Shown: positions 33,258-43,779, counted from the first letter of the stretch. The stretch: DNA of 64,000 nt from Naegleria gruberi (GCA_000004985.1 GG738911.1), one strand, 5' to 3'. Notes: generated by a model from the sequence alone, not told the origin. Made by a program: numbers and translations.

Positions 33258-35699
33258 ATGAATGAACGAAAGAAGCCTTCAAATCATCACAATCATCATA
33301 CTTTGGAATCATTGAGGGAATTATTAAAATTATTAATCGAATTTAAATATTATCATCATTACGATCATGATGATGAAAGAGCGAATGATAACAAATTGCT
33401 CAATGAACATTCAAGAATGATGATGGAAAGAATTGAATTCCCTCTCCGAATTTATGTTTATCCACTGAGTGAAAATGGAAAGCAAATGTATGAGAGAACT
33501 ATAGACATGTGTAAGAATCATTCCTTTGATAATGAGGAAATGACCTTCTTTCCACATGCCTATATTGATTGCTATTTAATTGATTTTATCATGTTGAATA
33601 CTTCTAATTACTATGATGGAAATTTGATAAAAAGAGTGAATAATATTGAGGAGGCAAATATTGCATACATTCCAATTCCTCTCGTAATGAATTTCTATGA
33701 TAATATTAAAAAGGAGGGAGAGAAGGATTTTCTAAACTTGACAGAAAAGATTAAATCTGATTTTTACAATGAAATGATTTACAATACTGAAATGGAAGAT
33801 AATTTTGAAAAAGTTCCACATTTTGTAACGTATTCCTTTGTTTCGTATAGACTTTCATTTAGTGGAATTCCAAAACAGGTTAAAATTGTAACGTTGGAAA
33901 ATGTGGCAATTAGTGGTTCACCACAGAATGCTTGGTATGATAATGGATGTCAAGATAGATGCCTCACCATTCCATATGCAACCATTTTTGATTGGCCATC
34001 AGCATATAATGAAAGTTCTAACACTCTCTATGCAGAGGATTATACACACAATTGGAAGAATAGACCCTATCTTCTCTCATTCATTGGTTCATTGAATAGA
34101 ACTGAAATTCTATTCACTCATAGATATCATCTTGTGACCAAGTTGAGCGAATTCAGAGGTAGATATTTTCATACATTCAAGGAATCAATTTCTACGAGTA
34201 GTAATATTGAAATTTATGGAAAATCCAAATTTTGTTTACAACTTCATGGAGATACACCAACTAGAAATGCATTCTATGAATCCTTGCTCATGGGTTGCAT
34301 ACCAGTCATTACTGAGAAGACATTTATTAGTTATCGATCACTTTTTGGATATTTATTACCAGTTGAGGAATTTACAATTGTAATTGATAACAAGTATGCT
34401 GAAGAACATGTTCCTGTAAAGGAAATTATTGAGAGATTGAATCAAATTGATAGGAATGGTGAATATTTGAGAATGTTGAACATTTTCAAATCCATTTCCT
34501 TTTTCCTTCGATACAAACATGCTCAATCATCAAATCTACTTGCTATTCTATCTATCTTGAGTGCACAGATACCACTTTCAATTCCTCCAAGATATAACAA
34601 TCGTCCCAGAGATGAACAACATGACAATTTTAATCCTATTGATATATTTATGGGAAGACCAATTGAAAAAGTTTACAAGTGGATGAATTTATCAATTCCT
34701 AAATTTAACATGACAATGAAAATGGAAAATTGTGGAGAATTTACTTGTAAAATTTACATTCCACAATTCTATCATGAATTAACAATTGATTCCCTATCAA
34801 CACATAATAGCATTGATCATTTACCAACTCTAATGGAATTTGCACTTATTCAACGATTGAAGAATGAAAATATTCTCACCAGCAATACTGAACATGCCAA
34901 TTTGATATTCTATCCATTTAATCTCAATGTGATATTCAATCAACATGTATTGGATCAACAAGTGAAACAAGTTGGAATTCAGAAGAAGGGATTTCTCATT
35001 AGCAACAACACTGGAAATGAACAAATACCAAAAATTATTGAAAATCTAAACAAAATTCAATCCATTTTCAATAATTTCACCATTTATACATTATCACCAC
35101 ATGCAATTGAGCAAAAGAATGTGAAAACTCTACCATTCACAACCATTGAACTTTTTGATTCCAATTTCCATCAAATTTCCACTTCTTTCAATAGAAATTC
35201 TCTACTTTGTCAATTAATTGAAGAAAATTTCAATGGGGAGGAAAATCAAATTGCGGAAATGTTGGAAATTCACTTTGGAAATGATTATCCACATTTATTC
35301 TCTAAAAAGGTCAATTCGATCGAATTACTGAACTGTACCTATGTCATCATGTCAAATGTAAATCCATCAAAATTATTACATCAATCAATTCGACATGGCT
35401 CAATACCCATTTCTTTAAATTCCAATAATCAGGACCTTAATGCATTATTACCACATCAAGTTATTGATCGATCTCAAATAATTCTTGAAATTCCAAAACC
35501 AATTCAAAAACTTTACAAAAATTTGGAATTTTTCTCAAATTGGCTGATTCGATTTTTACAAAATATTTCACATGAAGAAATTCAAGCAAGAAGACAAGCA
35601 ATGACAAAGTTAAAAAGTTATTTTAATTTATCGAATGAAAAACATGGTGGTAAATATGATTTAGCTGATCTTGTCTTGTGTTCCCTTAACTGTCACTAA
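33258..35699 (+). CDS. exostosin-like GT47 glycosyltransferase with two tandem GT47-like domains
   Basis: The first ATG is at 33258 (the track start 33255 is TTG). Domain 1 has 'ANIAYIPIPL' and 'SKFCLQLHGDTPTRNAFYESLLMGCIPVI', matching the exostosin motif S(K/R)FCLxPxGDxxxSxRxF(D/E)xxxxGCIPV. Domain 2 has 'ANLIFYPFNL' and 'CTYVIMSNVNPSKLLHQSIRHGSIPISLN'. No N-terminal TM is seen, so a 5' exon may be missing. Confidence 0.6.
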   Translation: MNERKKPSNHHNHHTLESLRELLKLLIEFKYYHHYDHDDERANDNKLLNEHSRMMMERIEFPLRIYVYPLSENGKQMYERTIDMCKNHSFDNEEMTFFPHAYIDCYLIDFIMLNTSNYYDGNLIKRVNNIEEANIAYIPIPLVMNFYDNIKKEGEKDFLNLTEKIKSDFYNEMIYNTEMEDNFEKVPHFVTYSFVSYRLSFSGIPKQVKIVTLENVAISGSPQNAWYDNGCQDRCLTIPYATIFDWPSAYNESSNTLYAEDYTHNWKNRPYLLSFIGSLNRTEILFTHRYHLVTKLSEFRGRYFHTFKESISTSSNIEIYGKSKFCLQLHGDTPTRNAFYESLLMGCIPVITEKTFISYRSLFGYLLPVEEFTIVIDNKYAEEHVPVKEIIERLNQIDRNGEYLRMLNIFKSISFFLRYKHAQSSNLLAILSILSAQIPLSIPPRYNNRPRDEQHDNFNPIDIFMGRPIEKVYKWMNLSIPKFNMTMKMENCGEFTCKIYIPQFYHELTIDSLSTHNSIDHLPTLMEFALIQRLKNENILTSNTEHANLIFYPFNLNVIFNQHVLDQQVKQVGIQKKGFLISNNTGNEQIPKIIENLNKIQSIFNNFTIYTLSPHAIEQKNVKTLPFTTIELFDSNFHQISTSFNRNSLLCQLIEENFNGEENQIAEMLEIHFGNDYPHLFSKKVNSIELLNCTYVIMSNVNPSKLLHQSIRHGSIPISLNSNNQDLNALLPHQVIDRSQIILEIPKPIQKLYKNLEFFSNWLIRFLQNISHEEIQARRQAMTKLKSYFNLSNEKHGGKYDLADLVLCSLNCH

Positions 35700-35903
35700 T
35701 CAAAAAAATTGTTACTAATGAAATTCAATTTTCAAAATTATTGTAGTCTTCAATTTTATACAACAAACAAACCCTATCCAAAATGAGAGTTTCATCAGAT
35801 CAGGAAAATAAATGTTGATTGGTGGCATGTGACAGGTAACCTTCCAGTTTGATCTCTTTAAAAAACATCAAAAAAAAAATAACTGATCCTATTATTCACC
35901 AAC

Positions 35904-36914
35904 ATGTTAAAACCAACAATTCTCATCGTCATCATCTTGCTTTTTCATCAATTTTTTATTAACTGTCAACAATCATTTGAAATTGCCAAATTTATTTCCG
36001 AACAAAATGAACAATTTAAACAAGAAATTAATCAAGAATTTGAATTTCCAATTCATTCATCACGAAATATACAACAAGAATCATGTGTCCCATTGACAAC
36101 ACCTGTAGAATATTGTTCCGGACTAATTCCAAATAACATTTCGTATATAACTTCAAGATCATTAAACACAGTCGAACCTAGACTAATCTCACAAATTGAC
36201 AATTTTATTACAAAAATGGAAGTTAATTATGGTTCTATTACATCTAATTGTAAAAATTCAGCAATTGATTTATATTGTAGCATGTCATTTAAAAGATGTG
36301 TTCATGACAGGAGTAGAGGATTAGTTGAGCTCTATAAACCATGTCAATATTTATGTCAAGAATTATATTTGAATTGCATTCCTGATAGAAAAGTTGCAAT
36401 TGCTTCATCTAGAAATGATTGTGGTGATGAAAATTATCCGAAAGGTGCTTATTCAGTTCAACCAACTTGTACTGATATTTATTTTGATAGAGATGTCACT
36501 TCTTATTATATTATGAGTTTTACTTTATTAGGTGTTGGATTATTGAGCTCATTGATGTGTGGTGGAAGTTTTTTAATTTGTATTTGTTGTGCCAAGTCAA
36601 TTAAACCATCAAATTCAACCATTGGTGATGCTTATTCACATCAACAAGAATCTGATACTAATTCTAGACAAAGTATTAATAGTGGATTTAGATTTTCAAT
36701 TGATGAAGGAAAACCAATGTTTTCAAATTCACCAATTATCAATTCATCCATTAATTCAACTAATTCAGTTGGTGGTGGTGTTAATACTACTTCTGGTAAT
36801 GCTGCTAATACTACAACTACCACTGCAAGTGGTAATAGTAATGCATTTGGAGGAAATGATAATGATGGATTGACTGTTATTAATATTAGTGGTGGTGATA
36901 ATGATTCAAATTAA
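35904..36914 (+). CDS. secreted/membrane Cys-rich protein: signal peptide, ~10-Cys ectodomain, one TM, and an S/T/N/G-rich tail
   Basis: 336 aa. The signal is 'MLKPTILIVIILLFHQFFINC'. The Cys-rich segment is 'CVPLTTPVEYCSG...CKNSAIDLYCSMSFKRCVHD...CQYLCQELYLNC'. The TM is 'YYIMSFTLLGVGLLSSLMCGGSFLICICC'. A Frizzled-like CRD is possible but not established. Confidence 0.45.
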   Translation: MLKPTILIVIILLFHQFFINCQQSFEIAKFISEQNEQFKQEINQEFEFPIHSSRNIQQESCVPLTTPVEYCSGLIPNNISYITSRSLNTVEPRLISQIDNFITKMEVNYGSITSNCKNSAIDLYCSMSFKRCVHDRSRGLVELYKPCQYLCQELYLNCIPDRKVAIASSRNDCGDENYPKGAYSVQPTCTDIYFDRDVTSYYIMSFTLLGVGLLSSLMCGGSFLICICCAKSIKPSNSTIGDAYSHQQESDTNSRQSINSGFRFSIDEGKPMFSNSPIINSSINSTNSVGGGVNTTSGNAANTTTTTASGNSNAFGGNDNDGLTVINISGGDNDSN

Positions 36915-37226
36915 TCATCATCATCACTCTCATCTCATTGTGTAAATTATAAAGTGTGCATTTTCTTGAACATTCTTACTTGTTTGATTATTGAAGTGTG
37001 CATTGCTACCACTGTGTGTGTGTGAAAAATCGATTGCCTTTAGAGAGATCTGTTCTTCCAGCTGGTACAACACATATCACTTTCTCGCTTTATTTTGCTG
37101 ACTATTTTAGAAATAGGTTGGGAAATGATGTAACTCTCTCAATGCGAGCGGCAAAAGAATTTTATTGATACTAATCGAGAGAGGTAATATAATTCGATTT
37201 CAAAAAAAAACGAATCATTCAGAGAG

Positions 37227-38312
37227 ATGCATCAACAACATAACAGCATCCAAGAGAAGGACAAGTTAACAAGCGATCTTTGTAGGTCTTCCTTGTTGCG
37301 AATTATTCCCAAAGAATGTTTTCAACCGAGTGCTTTGATTTACTATTCTGATTTCACACTCTCACTCGTTTTGTATCATTTGTTGTTTTATGCATGTTAT
37401 AAATTGATGAAGGAGGGTTATATTTATCAGGCAGTGGTATTGGCATTCATTACATCCTTCATATTTTACAGGGTCATGTTGTTCATTCATGAATCTGTTC
37501 ATCAATCTCAAAATTTGCCCAATTTTGTAAAGTATTACAACCTTGTGAATGGATTCCCTAACAAGGTTCCTCTCTATTGCTACAAACCACATCTGACACA
37601 TCATGATCCAAAAGTCTATGGTCAAGCTAACGATCCAGAATATCAGAGCATCAGTAGTGGTTCAATATGGTTTCATTACCTATTGGTTCCAGTGATTTTT
37701 CAATTTCCTGTTGCAGTATTTACATGTTTACGTTTTAATCTAGTTCCATTCCTTCTACCATTCATTGGAAGTAAGGGAAGAGAGTTCATTTGGAGATATG
37801 CATCCACATTGGCCATGAATCCATTCTTTGACAGAGGTCTCCCAACTGAACAAGATAAGAAGGAGTGGTATGTGCAAGACTTTGGATGTGCATGTGCAAC
37901 AACTTGTCAATTTATTGCTATTTACTTTGGATTTATTGAAGATGGTTTGAGTTTTATGAGAACAACTCTTATCATTGTTTACTTTTTGCTTGTTGTGAAC
38001 ATGTACAGAGCAATGGCTGCTCACAGATACTTTGCTGAACCACATCAACCACCACTCTCTAGAAAACAAATGATTTTGGATTCGGTCAACTATGCAAGTG
38101 ATTCTTGGATTTGTTTCTTTTGGTTTCCTGTTGGAACACTTTATCATGGCTTACATCATGTATTTCCCACAATTCCATATCATCACCTTGCAAGAGTTCA
38201 CTCAATTTTGGTTGAACATTTGAGAAGGAATGATCCTTCCCATCCCTATTTATGTACTGTGATTGAAAGTTATTGGGAAAATGTGAGAGCTCAAATCAAC
38301 TTGAAATTGTAA
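37227..38312 (+). CDS. membrane fatty-acid desaturase-family protein (three His boxes)
   Basis: 361 aa with 'HESVHQS' (HxxxH), 'HLTHHD' (HxxHH) and 'HGLHHVFPTIPYHH' (HxxHH), separated by hydrophobic segments. Confidence 0.7.
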   Translation: MHQQHNSIQEKDKLTSDLCRSSLLRIIPKECFQPSALIYYSDFTLSLVLYHLLFYACYKLMKEGYIYQAVVLAFITSFIFYRVMLFIHESVHQSQNLPNFVKYYNLVNGFPNKVPLYCYKPHLTHHDPKVYGQANDPEYQSISSGSIWFHYLLVPVIFQFPVAVFTCLRFNLVPFLLPFIGSKGREFIWRYASTLAMNPFFDRGLPTEQDKKEWYVQDFGCACATTCQFIAIYFGFIEDGLSFMRTTLIIVYFLLVVNMYRAMAAHRYFAEPHQPPLSRKQMILDSVNYASDSWICFFWFPVGTLYHGLHHVFPTIPYHHLARVHSILVEHLRRNDPSHPYLCTVIESYWENVRAQINLKL

Positions 38313-38405
38313 ACATAGTTTCATAGTATTAAAAGTATCATTATTACTTGATTGAAATTTAATCTTACAGAGGAAAGGTGAGAGTTAATTAGACTAGAAA
38401 GCAAT

Positions 38406-38921
38406 TTATTTCTTGGCAATCTTTTTAGTCTTACATTTCAATTTCTTCAGTGAAGCCTTCAACTTGACAATTTTGGCTCTGAGCTTCTTAATATTCTTCA
38501 AAGCATTCTTTTTAGCAGCAGCATTACTAGTGGTGGCTGTCTTCTTGAGTTTCTTCACAGCAAGAATAGTCTTTCTGAGTGATCTTCTGAGTTTGGCACA
38601 TTTCGAAGCCTTCTTTGACTTTTTAGCCTTCTTCTTACTTGTCTTCTTGGTAGAAGAATTCTTCTTCTTTGGAGTTGTTTTCTTCTTTGATGATTTCTTA
38701 GCAGAAGAATTGGTCTTCTTACCAGATTTCTTACCAGATTTCTTGGTTGTGCTACTTGTTGATTTCTTGCTGCTTGATTTCTTACTAGAAGAAGATTTTC
38801 TGGCTGTTGCTGTTGTTTGGACAGATTGAGTTTCAGCTTGTTGTGCAGCTGCGAAAGAAACGCACAATAACAATGATAATAATAACAATGAAAGAATTAA
38901 CCACTTGCCACTACTATTCAT
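38406..38921 (-). CDS. secreted polycationic (Lys/Ser-rich) protein, paralog 1
   Basis: Start at the ATG at 38919-38921. The signal peptide is 'MNSSGKWLILSLLLLSLLLCVSFAAAQQAETQ'. The mature part is about 45% Lys with 3 Cys, for example 'KKASKCAKLRRSLRKTILAVKKLKK...LKKLKCKTKKIAKK'. It sits in tandem with 39169-39987. Confidence 0.55.
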   Translation of the reverse strand: MNSSGKWLILSLLLLSLLLCVSFAAAQQAETQSVQTTATARKSSSSKKSSSKKSTSSTTKKSGKKSGKKTNSSAKKSSKKKTTPKKKNSSTKKTSKKKAKKSKKASKCAKLRRSLRKTILAVKKLKKTATTSNAAAKKNALKNIKKLRAKIVKLKASLKKLKCKTKKIAKK

Positions 38922-39168
38922 TTTGTTGTTGTATTTTTTTGATGGATGTTTGGACACGGGAAGGAAGAAGCTGTCACTGATGGAACAAATGATTGGACAA
39001 ATGAACTTGCAAGAGTTCCTTTAAAGTGGTGTGAGTGCAATTTTGGTAATTTCTCAAAGTGAGATAATTTGCAAGATTTTTTAAACAAATCAATTTGATC
39101 AACAAAATTAATTAATGGAAAATATTGAGACAATTAAATTGATTTAATGTTTTTCAATTATGTACATT

Positions 39169-39987
39169 TTAATTGGCCTTCTTGGCAACCTTCTTAGCAG
39201 CAACCTTCTTGGCAGACTTTTTAGCTTTCTTGGCCTTCTTGAGCTTCTTCAAAGCATTCTTGCAAGCGTTTCTCTTGGTCAAGTTCTTGGCCTTCTTGGC
39301 ACATCTTCTCAACTTTCTGAGTTTTCTGAGTTTCTTCAATGCTTTCTTACAGGCATTTCTCTTCTTCAAGGATTTAGCCTTCTTTGCGCATCTCTTCAAC
39401 TTTCTGAGCTTTCTAATTCTCTTCAATGCCTTCTTACAAGCCTTCTTCTTCTTCAAATTCTTTGATTTCTTGGCACATCTTCTCAATTTTCTGAGCTTTC
39501 TGAGTTTCTTCAATGCCTTCTTGCAAGCCTTTCTCTTCTTCAAATTCTTTGATTTCTTGGCACATCTTCTCAATTTTCTGAGTTTTCTGACTCTTTTCAA
39601 AGCCCTCTTGCATGCCTTTCTCTTCTTCAAAGATTTAGCCTTCTTGGCACATCTCTTCAACTTTCTAACTCTCTTAGCCTTCTTTGATTTCTTGGCAGAC
39701 TTCTTTGACTTTTTACATTTCTTCTTTAATTTGAGTTTCAATTTGCGAACCTTTGATCTGAGTTTCTTGACTCTCTTGGCAAGTTTAGCACATTTCTTTG
39801 ATTTCTTAGCCTTCTTCCAAGTCTTCTTTGGCTTTGTAGCCTTCTTGTTGGTAGTTGAAGTCTTCTTTACAATTGATGATGATTTGACGGCTTGAGTTTC
39901 GGCTTGTTCAGCAGATGCGAAAGAAACGCAACATGCCAACAATGCGAGCAACAACAAGGAGAGAATAACCCACTTGCCACTATTCAT
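39169..39987 (-). CDS. secreted polycationic repeat protein, paralog 2, with about 4.5 repeats of a 29-aa unit 'CAKKSKNLKKRKACKKALKKLRKLRKLRR'
   Basis: Start at the ATG at 39985-39987. The signal peptide 'MNSGKWVILSLLLLALLACCVSFASAEQAETQ' is homologous to paralog 1. The mature protein is more than 50% K+R with two Cys per repeat. The coding repeats have an 87-bp period. Confidence 0.6.
   Translation of the reverse strand: MNSGKWVILSLLLLALLACCVSFASAEQAETQAVKSSSIVKKTSTTNKKATKPKKTWKKAKKSKKCAKLAKRVKKLRSKVRKLKLKLKKKCKKSKKSAKKSKKAKRVRKLKRCAKKAKSLKKRKACKRALKRVRKLRKLRRCAKKSKNLKKRKACKKALKKLRKLRKLRRCAKKSKNLKKKKACKKALKRIRKLRKLKRCAKKAKSLKKRNACKKALKKLRKLRKLRRCAKKAKNLTKRNACKNALKKLKKAKKAKKSAKKVAAKKVAKKAN
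39258..39651 (-). repeat. 87-bp coding tandem repeat (~4.5 units) inside the polycationic gene
   Basis: Units recur at an 87-bp period, for example 'ttcttcaatgctttcttacaggcatttct' at ~39328 and near-copies at ~39415 and ~39502. The array boundaries are approximate. Confidence 0.6.
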
Positions 39988-40646
39988 TTTGTATGTTTTT
40001 TTTTGGATGATGAATGAGAACTTTCTAGTAGAGAGAAATAGCACTCGTGTCATGCAGATTCGTTAATTGTACTACGATTTTTGAAGTGAAATGACAAGTT
40101 GACTCGATTGATTTCCCGCCAAACGAACTACTCTTTTACAACGTTCGTATATGGAAGGCAGCTTCAATTTGGTATCATCGTTGGATAATACAAAATTATC
40201 AATGAATGTTAATTTTTATTATCATGGTTACAATTACAATGTATGAAATATTAAAGAGTTTTACAGTTTGTTCAGTCAATAAGTCCAATTACTCCATTCA
40301 CTACAAGCGACAATTCTCATCTTTGCATCTCTTATTAAACTGTATTGTAAAGTATTAACAATATTAAGCCACATTTATAAATCCCTTATTTGGTCAATAT
40401 TCCGAATCATCAAAATAAAACCCTCAACAAATGCACATTAAACAATCGTGAGAGTGCGCACTCAAGCCACTGAGCTGAAATTAACCAACACTTCTCAAGC
40501 GCAACCTTTATTTTCACATTTGTGCGTACTCACAAATCCTATTCATCTCATCTATTAAGCAAGGCTGTAAAATGCCATGAACTTTCAGTAGACAAAAACT
40601 CTCAAACAAATATTGAAAAAAACAAGCCGATTTGAAAACTAGCAAA

Positions 40647-42272
40647 ATGAATACTACTATCGAAACATCATTTATTAATGTTGCTGCTGCTTCTTCTTCT
40701 TCAACACCTTCATCATCTTGGAAGGAAATCTTGATGAATGCTTATAAGAATGGACAAACTAATGTTACCGATCAAATAAGTTATGCTCTTAATTGCTTAA
40801 TTAAGCAACTTCATAAGATTTTAACCGTCACTCATCAAAAGAAAGGTCCTTTATTTAATAAGATGTTGGTTTCTTCTTTCACTGCACAAAATTTGATTGA
40901 TTGCATTTGTAAAGTCTTGTTGGAAACTTCCACAAGTGACAAGTTGGCAGATTACATTGGTCAATTGATGGTTCAATTGAATATGATTGAATTTGATTGT
41001 CAAAATAAGAATTCCACTAGATTATCTGATGATAGAAAGAGATTGGTTCGTTTCTTACATCCATACATGCCAAGATTGGTTATCATTGGAGGTGGACATT
41101 CTGGAGTATTGACAGCTTGTCAGTTAAATGATTATTTCTCTATTGTTTTGATTGACAAGAATCCACATTGCACTTTAAAGCCGGCATTTCCAGTAATTCT
41201 AGAGAAAGTTGATCATGTTAACAAGATTTCTATCAATTACTCTGAAATTCTCCCTTCAAATGTCACTTTCATTCATGGGTTGACCAAAATAGTGAGACAG
41301 GATGGTGTCTTTATTGAAATTGCTGGAAAAGAGCCACAAATCAAGCACATGTTGACAAATGAATATTCAGATTCCAACACAGATGTAAGAAATTGTAAAT
41401 TCCTTTCCTTTGATTATTTGGTCATCGCCACAGGTTGCAATGGTTGGAAAAATGTTCCACAAATGGAAAATCCTCAAAAGGAAAACAAGATTTTATATGT
41501 TGATGGTTATAACATGGACATGGTCGAGTTGTCAGTCACTGCCATTAATCAATCCAATCATGATATTGTTGTAATTGGAGGTGGAAGTGTCGGATGTGAA
41601 TATTTTGGATCACTAGCTCAAACTTTCCCAAATAGGAATTGTTATTTAATTCAAAGATCTGACATGTTAATGAAACCATCCAAAGATGCTCACAAGGCAG
41701 CAACTGATACATTTGCCAAGATGAAGAATGCAAATGTCAAATTTAATTGTCAAGTTGATCGTCAAGAAGATTCGAATATTCTTGTTGTAAAGTCATTGGA
41801 AAGTGGAGAAGAAACAAGAATCAAGTGTTGTGTTTGCTTCCTTGCCTCAGGTATCTCACCAAACACTAAAATGATGAATGAATACTTTGGAGAAAGCATG
41901 GACGAAAATAATTATCTGAAAGTGAATCCTTCCTTCCAATTATGGAAATCTAATTCTGAGTATTTTAACAATATTTTCGTTTTGGGAGATGCCAATAATG
42001 CTGATACTGAAAAACTAATTCAAAATGCAGATATTCATGCTGAGAAATTTGTTGAAATTGCCAAATCTATTCTAAAGGTTTCGTCTCCCAACTCAAATGA
42101 AGGTATTTTAGCAACGTATGATAATGCTCCTCGTGTGATGGCTGTTTCACTTGGTCCTAAAACTGGTTTCTTAATGAAAGATAACAAGATCATGTTCAAA
42201 TCTGGCGTTGTAAACAAATTGAAATCTGCCATTCAAAATTCAACTCTAAAAACCTACAAAAAATTTCAATAA
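40647..42272 (+). CDS. FAD/NAD(P)-binding pyridine-nucleotide-disulfide oxidoreductase-family protein (AIF/FSP1-like) with an N-terminal extra domain
   Basis: The first ATG is at 40647 (the track start is TTG). Two Rossmann dinucleotide motifs are 'LVIIGGGHSGVLTACQL' and 'VVIGGGSVGCEYFGSLA'. A C-terminal 'VLGDANNAD' resembles the FAD-binding GD motif. Confidence 0.55.
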   Translation: MNTTIETSFINVAAASSSSTPSSSWKEILMNAYKNGQTNVTDQISYALNCLIKQLHKILTVTHQKKGPLFNKMLVSSFTAQNLIDCICKVLLETSTSDKLADYIGQLMVQLNMIEFDCQNKNSTRLSDDRKRLVRFLHPYMPRLVIIGGGHSGVLTACQLNDYFSIVLIDKNPHCTLKPAFPVILEKVDHVNKISINYSEILPSNVTFIHGLTKIVRQDGVFIEIAGKEPQIKHMLTNEYSDSNTDVRNCKFLSFDYLVIATGCNGWKNVPQMENPQKENKILYVDGYNMDMVELSVTAINQSNHDIVVIGGGSVGCEYFGSLAQTFPNRNCYLIQRSDMLMKPSKDAHKAATDTFAKMKNANVKFNCQVDRQEDSNILVVKSLESGEETRIKCCVCFLASGISPNTKMMNEYFGESMDENNYLKVNPSFQLWKSNSEYFNNIFVLGDANNADTEKLIQNADIHAEKFVEIAKSILKVSSPNSNEGILATYDNAPRVMAVSLGPKTGFLMKDNKIMFKSGVVNKLKSAIQNSTLKTYKKFQ

Positions 42273-42356
42273 ATAAATTTAATAAAATCAATTATTTGAA
42301 TTCCTCTTCAAGTTTTCTGTTTGAATTTCTTGTAATTTTTACCGAAAGTTGACTGT

Positions 42357-43589
42357 TTAGTTTAGTTTATTGATTTGAGACATGAATTCATGATCTTTCT
42401 TCATTGATTTGGTTAAAAATTGAATAATCTTTGAATTTTTCCTTGCCAATCTCAACACAAATTCCTTGTCATCCCTTAATGACTTGTCAATATGTTGAAA
42501 AACATTGACATTTTGACTGACAGCTTCAAATACAATCTCCTTATCCTTCTTAAACTCTGGATTAATATATTTGATTATAAATCCATCATATTTAGCAGTT
42601 AGTAATATCAAATCTCTATCATCCTTAATAAATCTCGCTATATAAAATGTACTCGTGGAAGATCTTTCAGGAATTTCCAATATTTCAACAAGAAATTCCC
42701 TATCCTTAATTAATTCTTCAAGTGCATATTCAAGTGCAAATCCCTTACTTTTCCTGACAACCTCCAAAACAAACTTCTTATCTAGTTTCAATTCTCTGCT
42801 AGCATATTGAAAGGCACTTCCTTGTTCATTTCTCATTATGGCCTTCATTATAATTTCTCTGTCGTTTTTTATTTCCTCGCCTGCACTTCCTATAAATGAC
42901 CAACAATGTGAAATTGCCAACTCTACAATTTCTCTATCATTCCTTAATGATTCATGAACGAATTTAAGAGCATGACCACTTGATTTGGCTGCTGCCATTA
43001 CTATTTCTCTATCACTCTTAAATCTATCATTTGCATATCCTAAACTTCCACCATCTTGTTTGACAGCTGCCATTACTATTTCTCTGTCATCTTTCAATCT
43101 ATCAGAAGCAATACTAAGCATAGAACCAACTCCCTTAACAGATCTCAACACAACTTCTCTATCATTTCTAATAACTTCATTAGAATTATTATAAATAAAT
43201 CCAGGACTAATTCCAACTATTTGAAATATAAAATTTGAATCAAATTTCAATTCCTTTCCCAATTGGGCACCAATTTCGAATGCATTTTGGCGGTAATATG
43301 CTAATGAATATTTAAATCCCAATGAACTGATGGAAACATTGCTGAATGGATTATGACATGAATTGTGTTCATTCATAAATTTGAGAATTGTAAACCAATC
43401 TCGTCTTGTATCGAGAAATTTAATGGTTTCCTTTAAATGTTCGGAGCCTCCGGAGATGATCGGATCTATGATTGTTTGGTATTTTAAATAATGAGGAATA
43501 TCTCTGATTTTAGTGGAGAGTAAATTGGATTGAAATGATTGATCTAAGAGAAGTAATACTTGTAAAGGTGGTGTTTGTTGTGCTTGCAT
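42357..43589 (-). CDS. DUF4116-like ~25-aa tandem-repeat protein; copy 2, the inverted near-identical duplicate of 1287-2489
   Basis: The track ORF extends to a TTG at 43673, but the first in-frame ATG, at 43587-43589, gives 'MQAQQTPPLQVLLLLDQSFQSNLL...', collinear with copy 1. Sampled DNA stretches show a few mismatches per 60 nt against the reverse complement of copy 1. Confidence 0.6.
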   Translation of the reverse strand: MQAQQTPPLQVLLLLDQSFQSNLLSTKIRDIPHYLKYQTIIDPIISGGSEHLKETIKFLDTRRDWFTILKFMNEHNSCHNPFSNVSISSLGFKYSLAYYRQNAFEIGAQLGKELKFDSNFIFQIVGISPGFIYNNSNEVIRNDREVVLRSVKGVGSMLSIASDRLKDDREIVMAAVKQDGGSLGYANDRFKSDREIVMAAAKSSGHALKFVHESLRNDREIVELAISHCWSFIGSAGEEIKNDREIIMKAIMRNEQGSAFQYASRELKLDKKFVLEVVRKSKGFALEYALEELIKDREFLVEILEIPERSSTSTFYIARFIKDDRDLILLTAKYDGFIIKYINPEFKKDKEIVFEAVSQNVNVFQHIDKSLRDDKEFVLRLARKNSKIIQFLTKSMKKDHEFMSQINKLN

Positions 43590-43779
43590 TTTTTGAATTT
43601 TCTTTTGTTGACCAATGAACTTGGAACTTGTAAACAATTCTAATTGCAATTTGAAAAGTGCATCCAATAACAATCAATAATCTTTATTGTAAAGTTAGTA
43701 TTAAAGATAATTAAATACACACATAAAATAAATACAAAATGCAGATGAACTTGACACTCCAGAAGCCTTCAAAAAAAAA

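Noticed and set aside
39250-39660. Regularly spaced 87-bp repeats that could superficially look like a CRISPR-like array
   Set aside because: The repeats are in frame and coding (Lys/Arg/Cys units), have no unique spacers, and sit in a eukaryotic genome. This is a coding tandem repeat.
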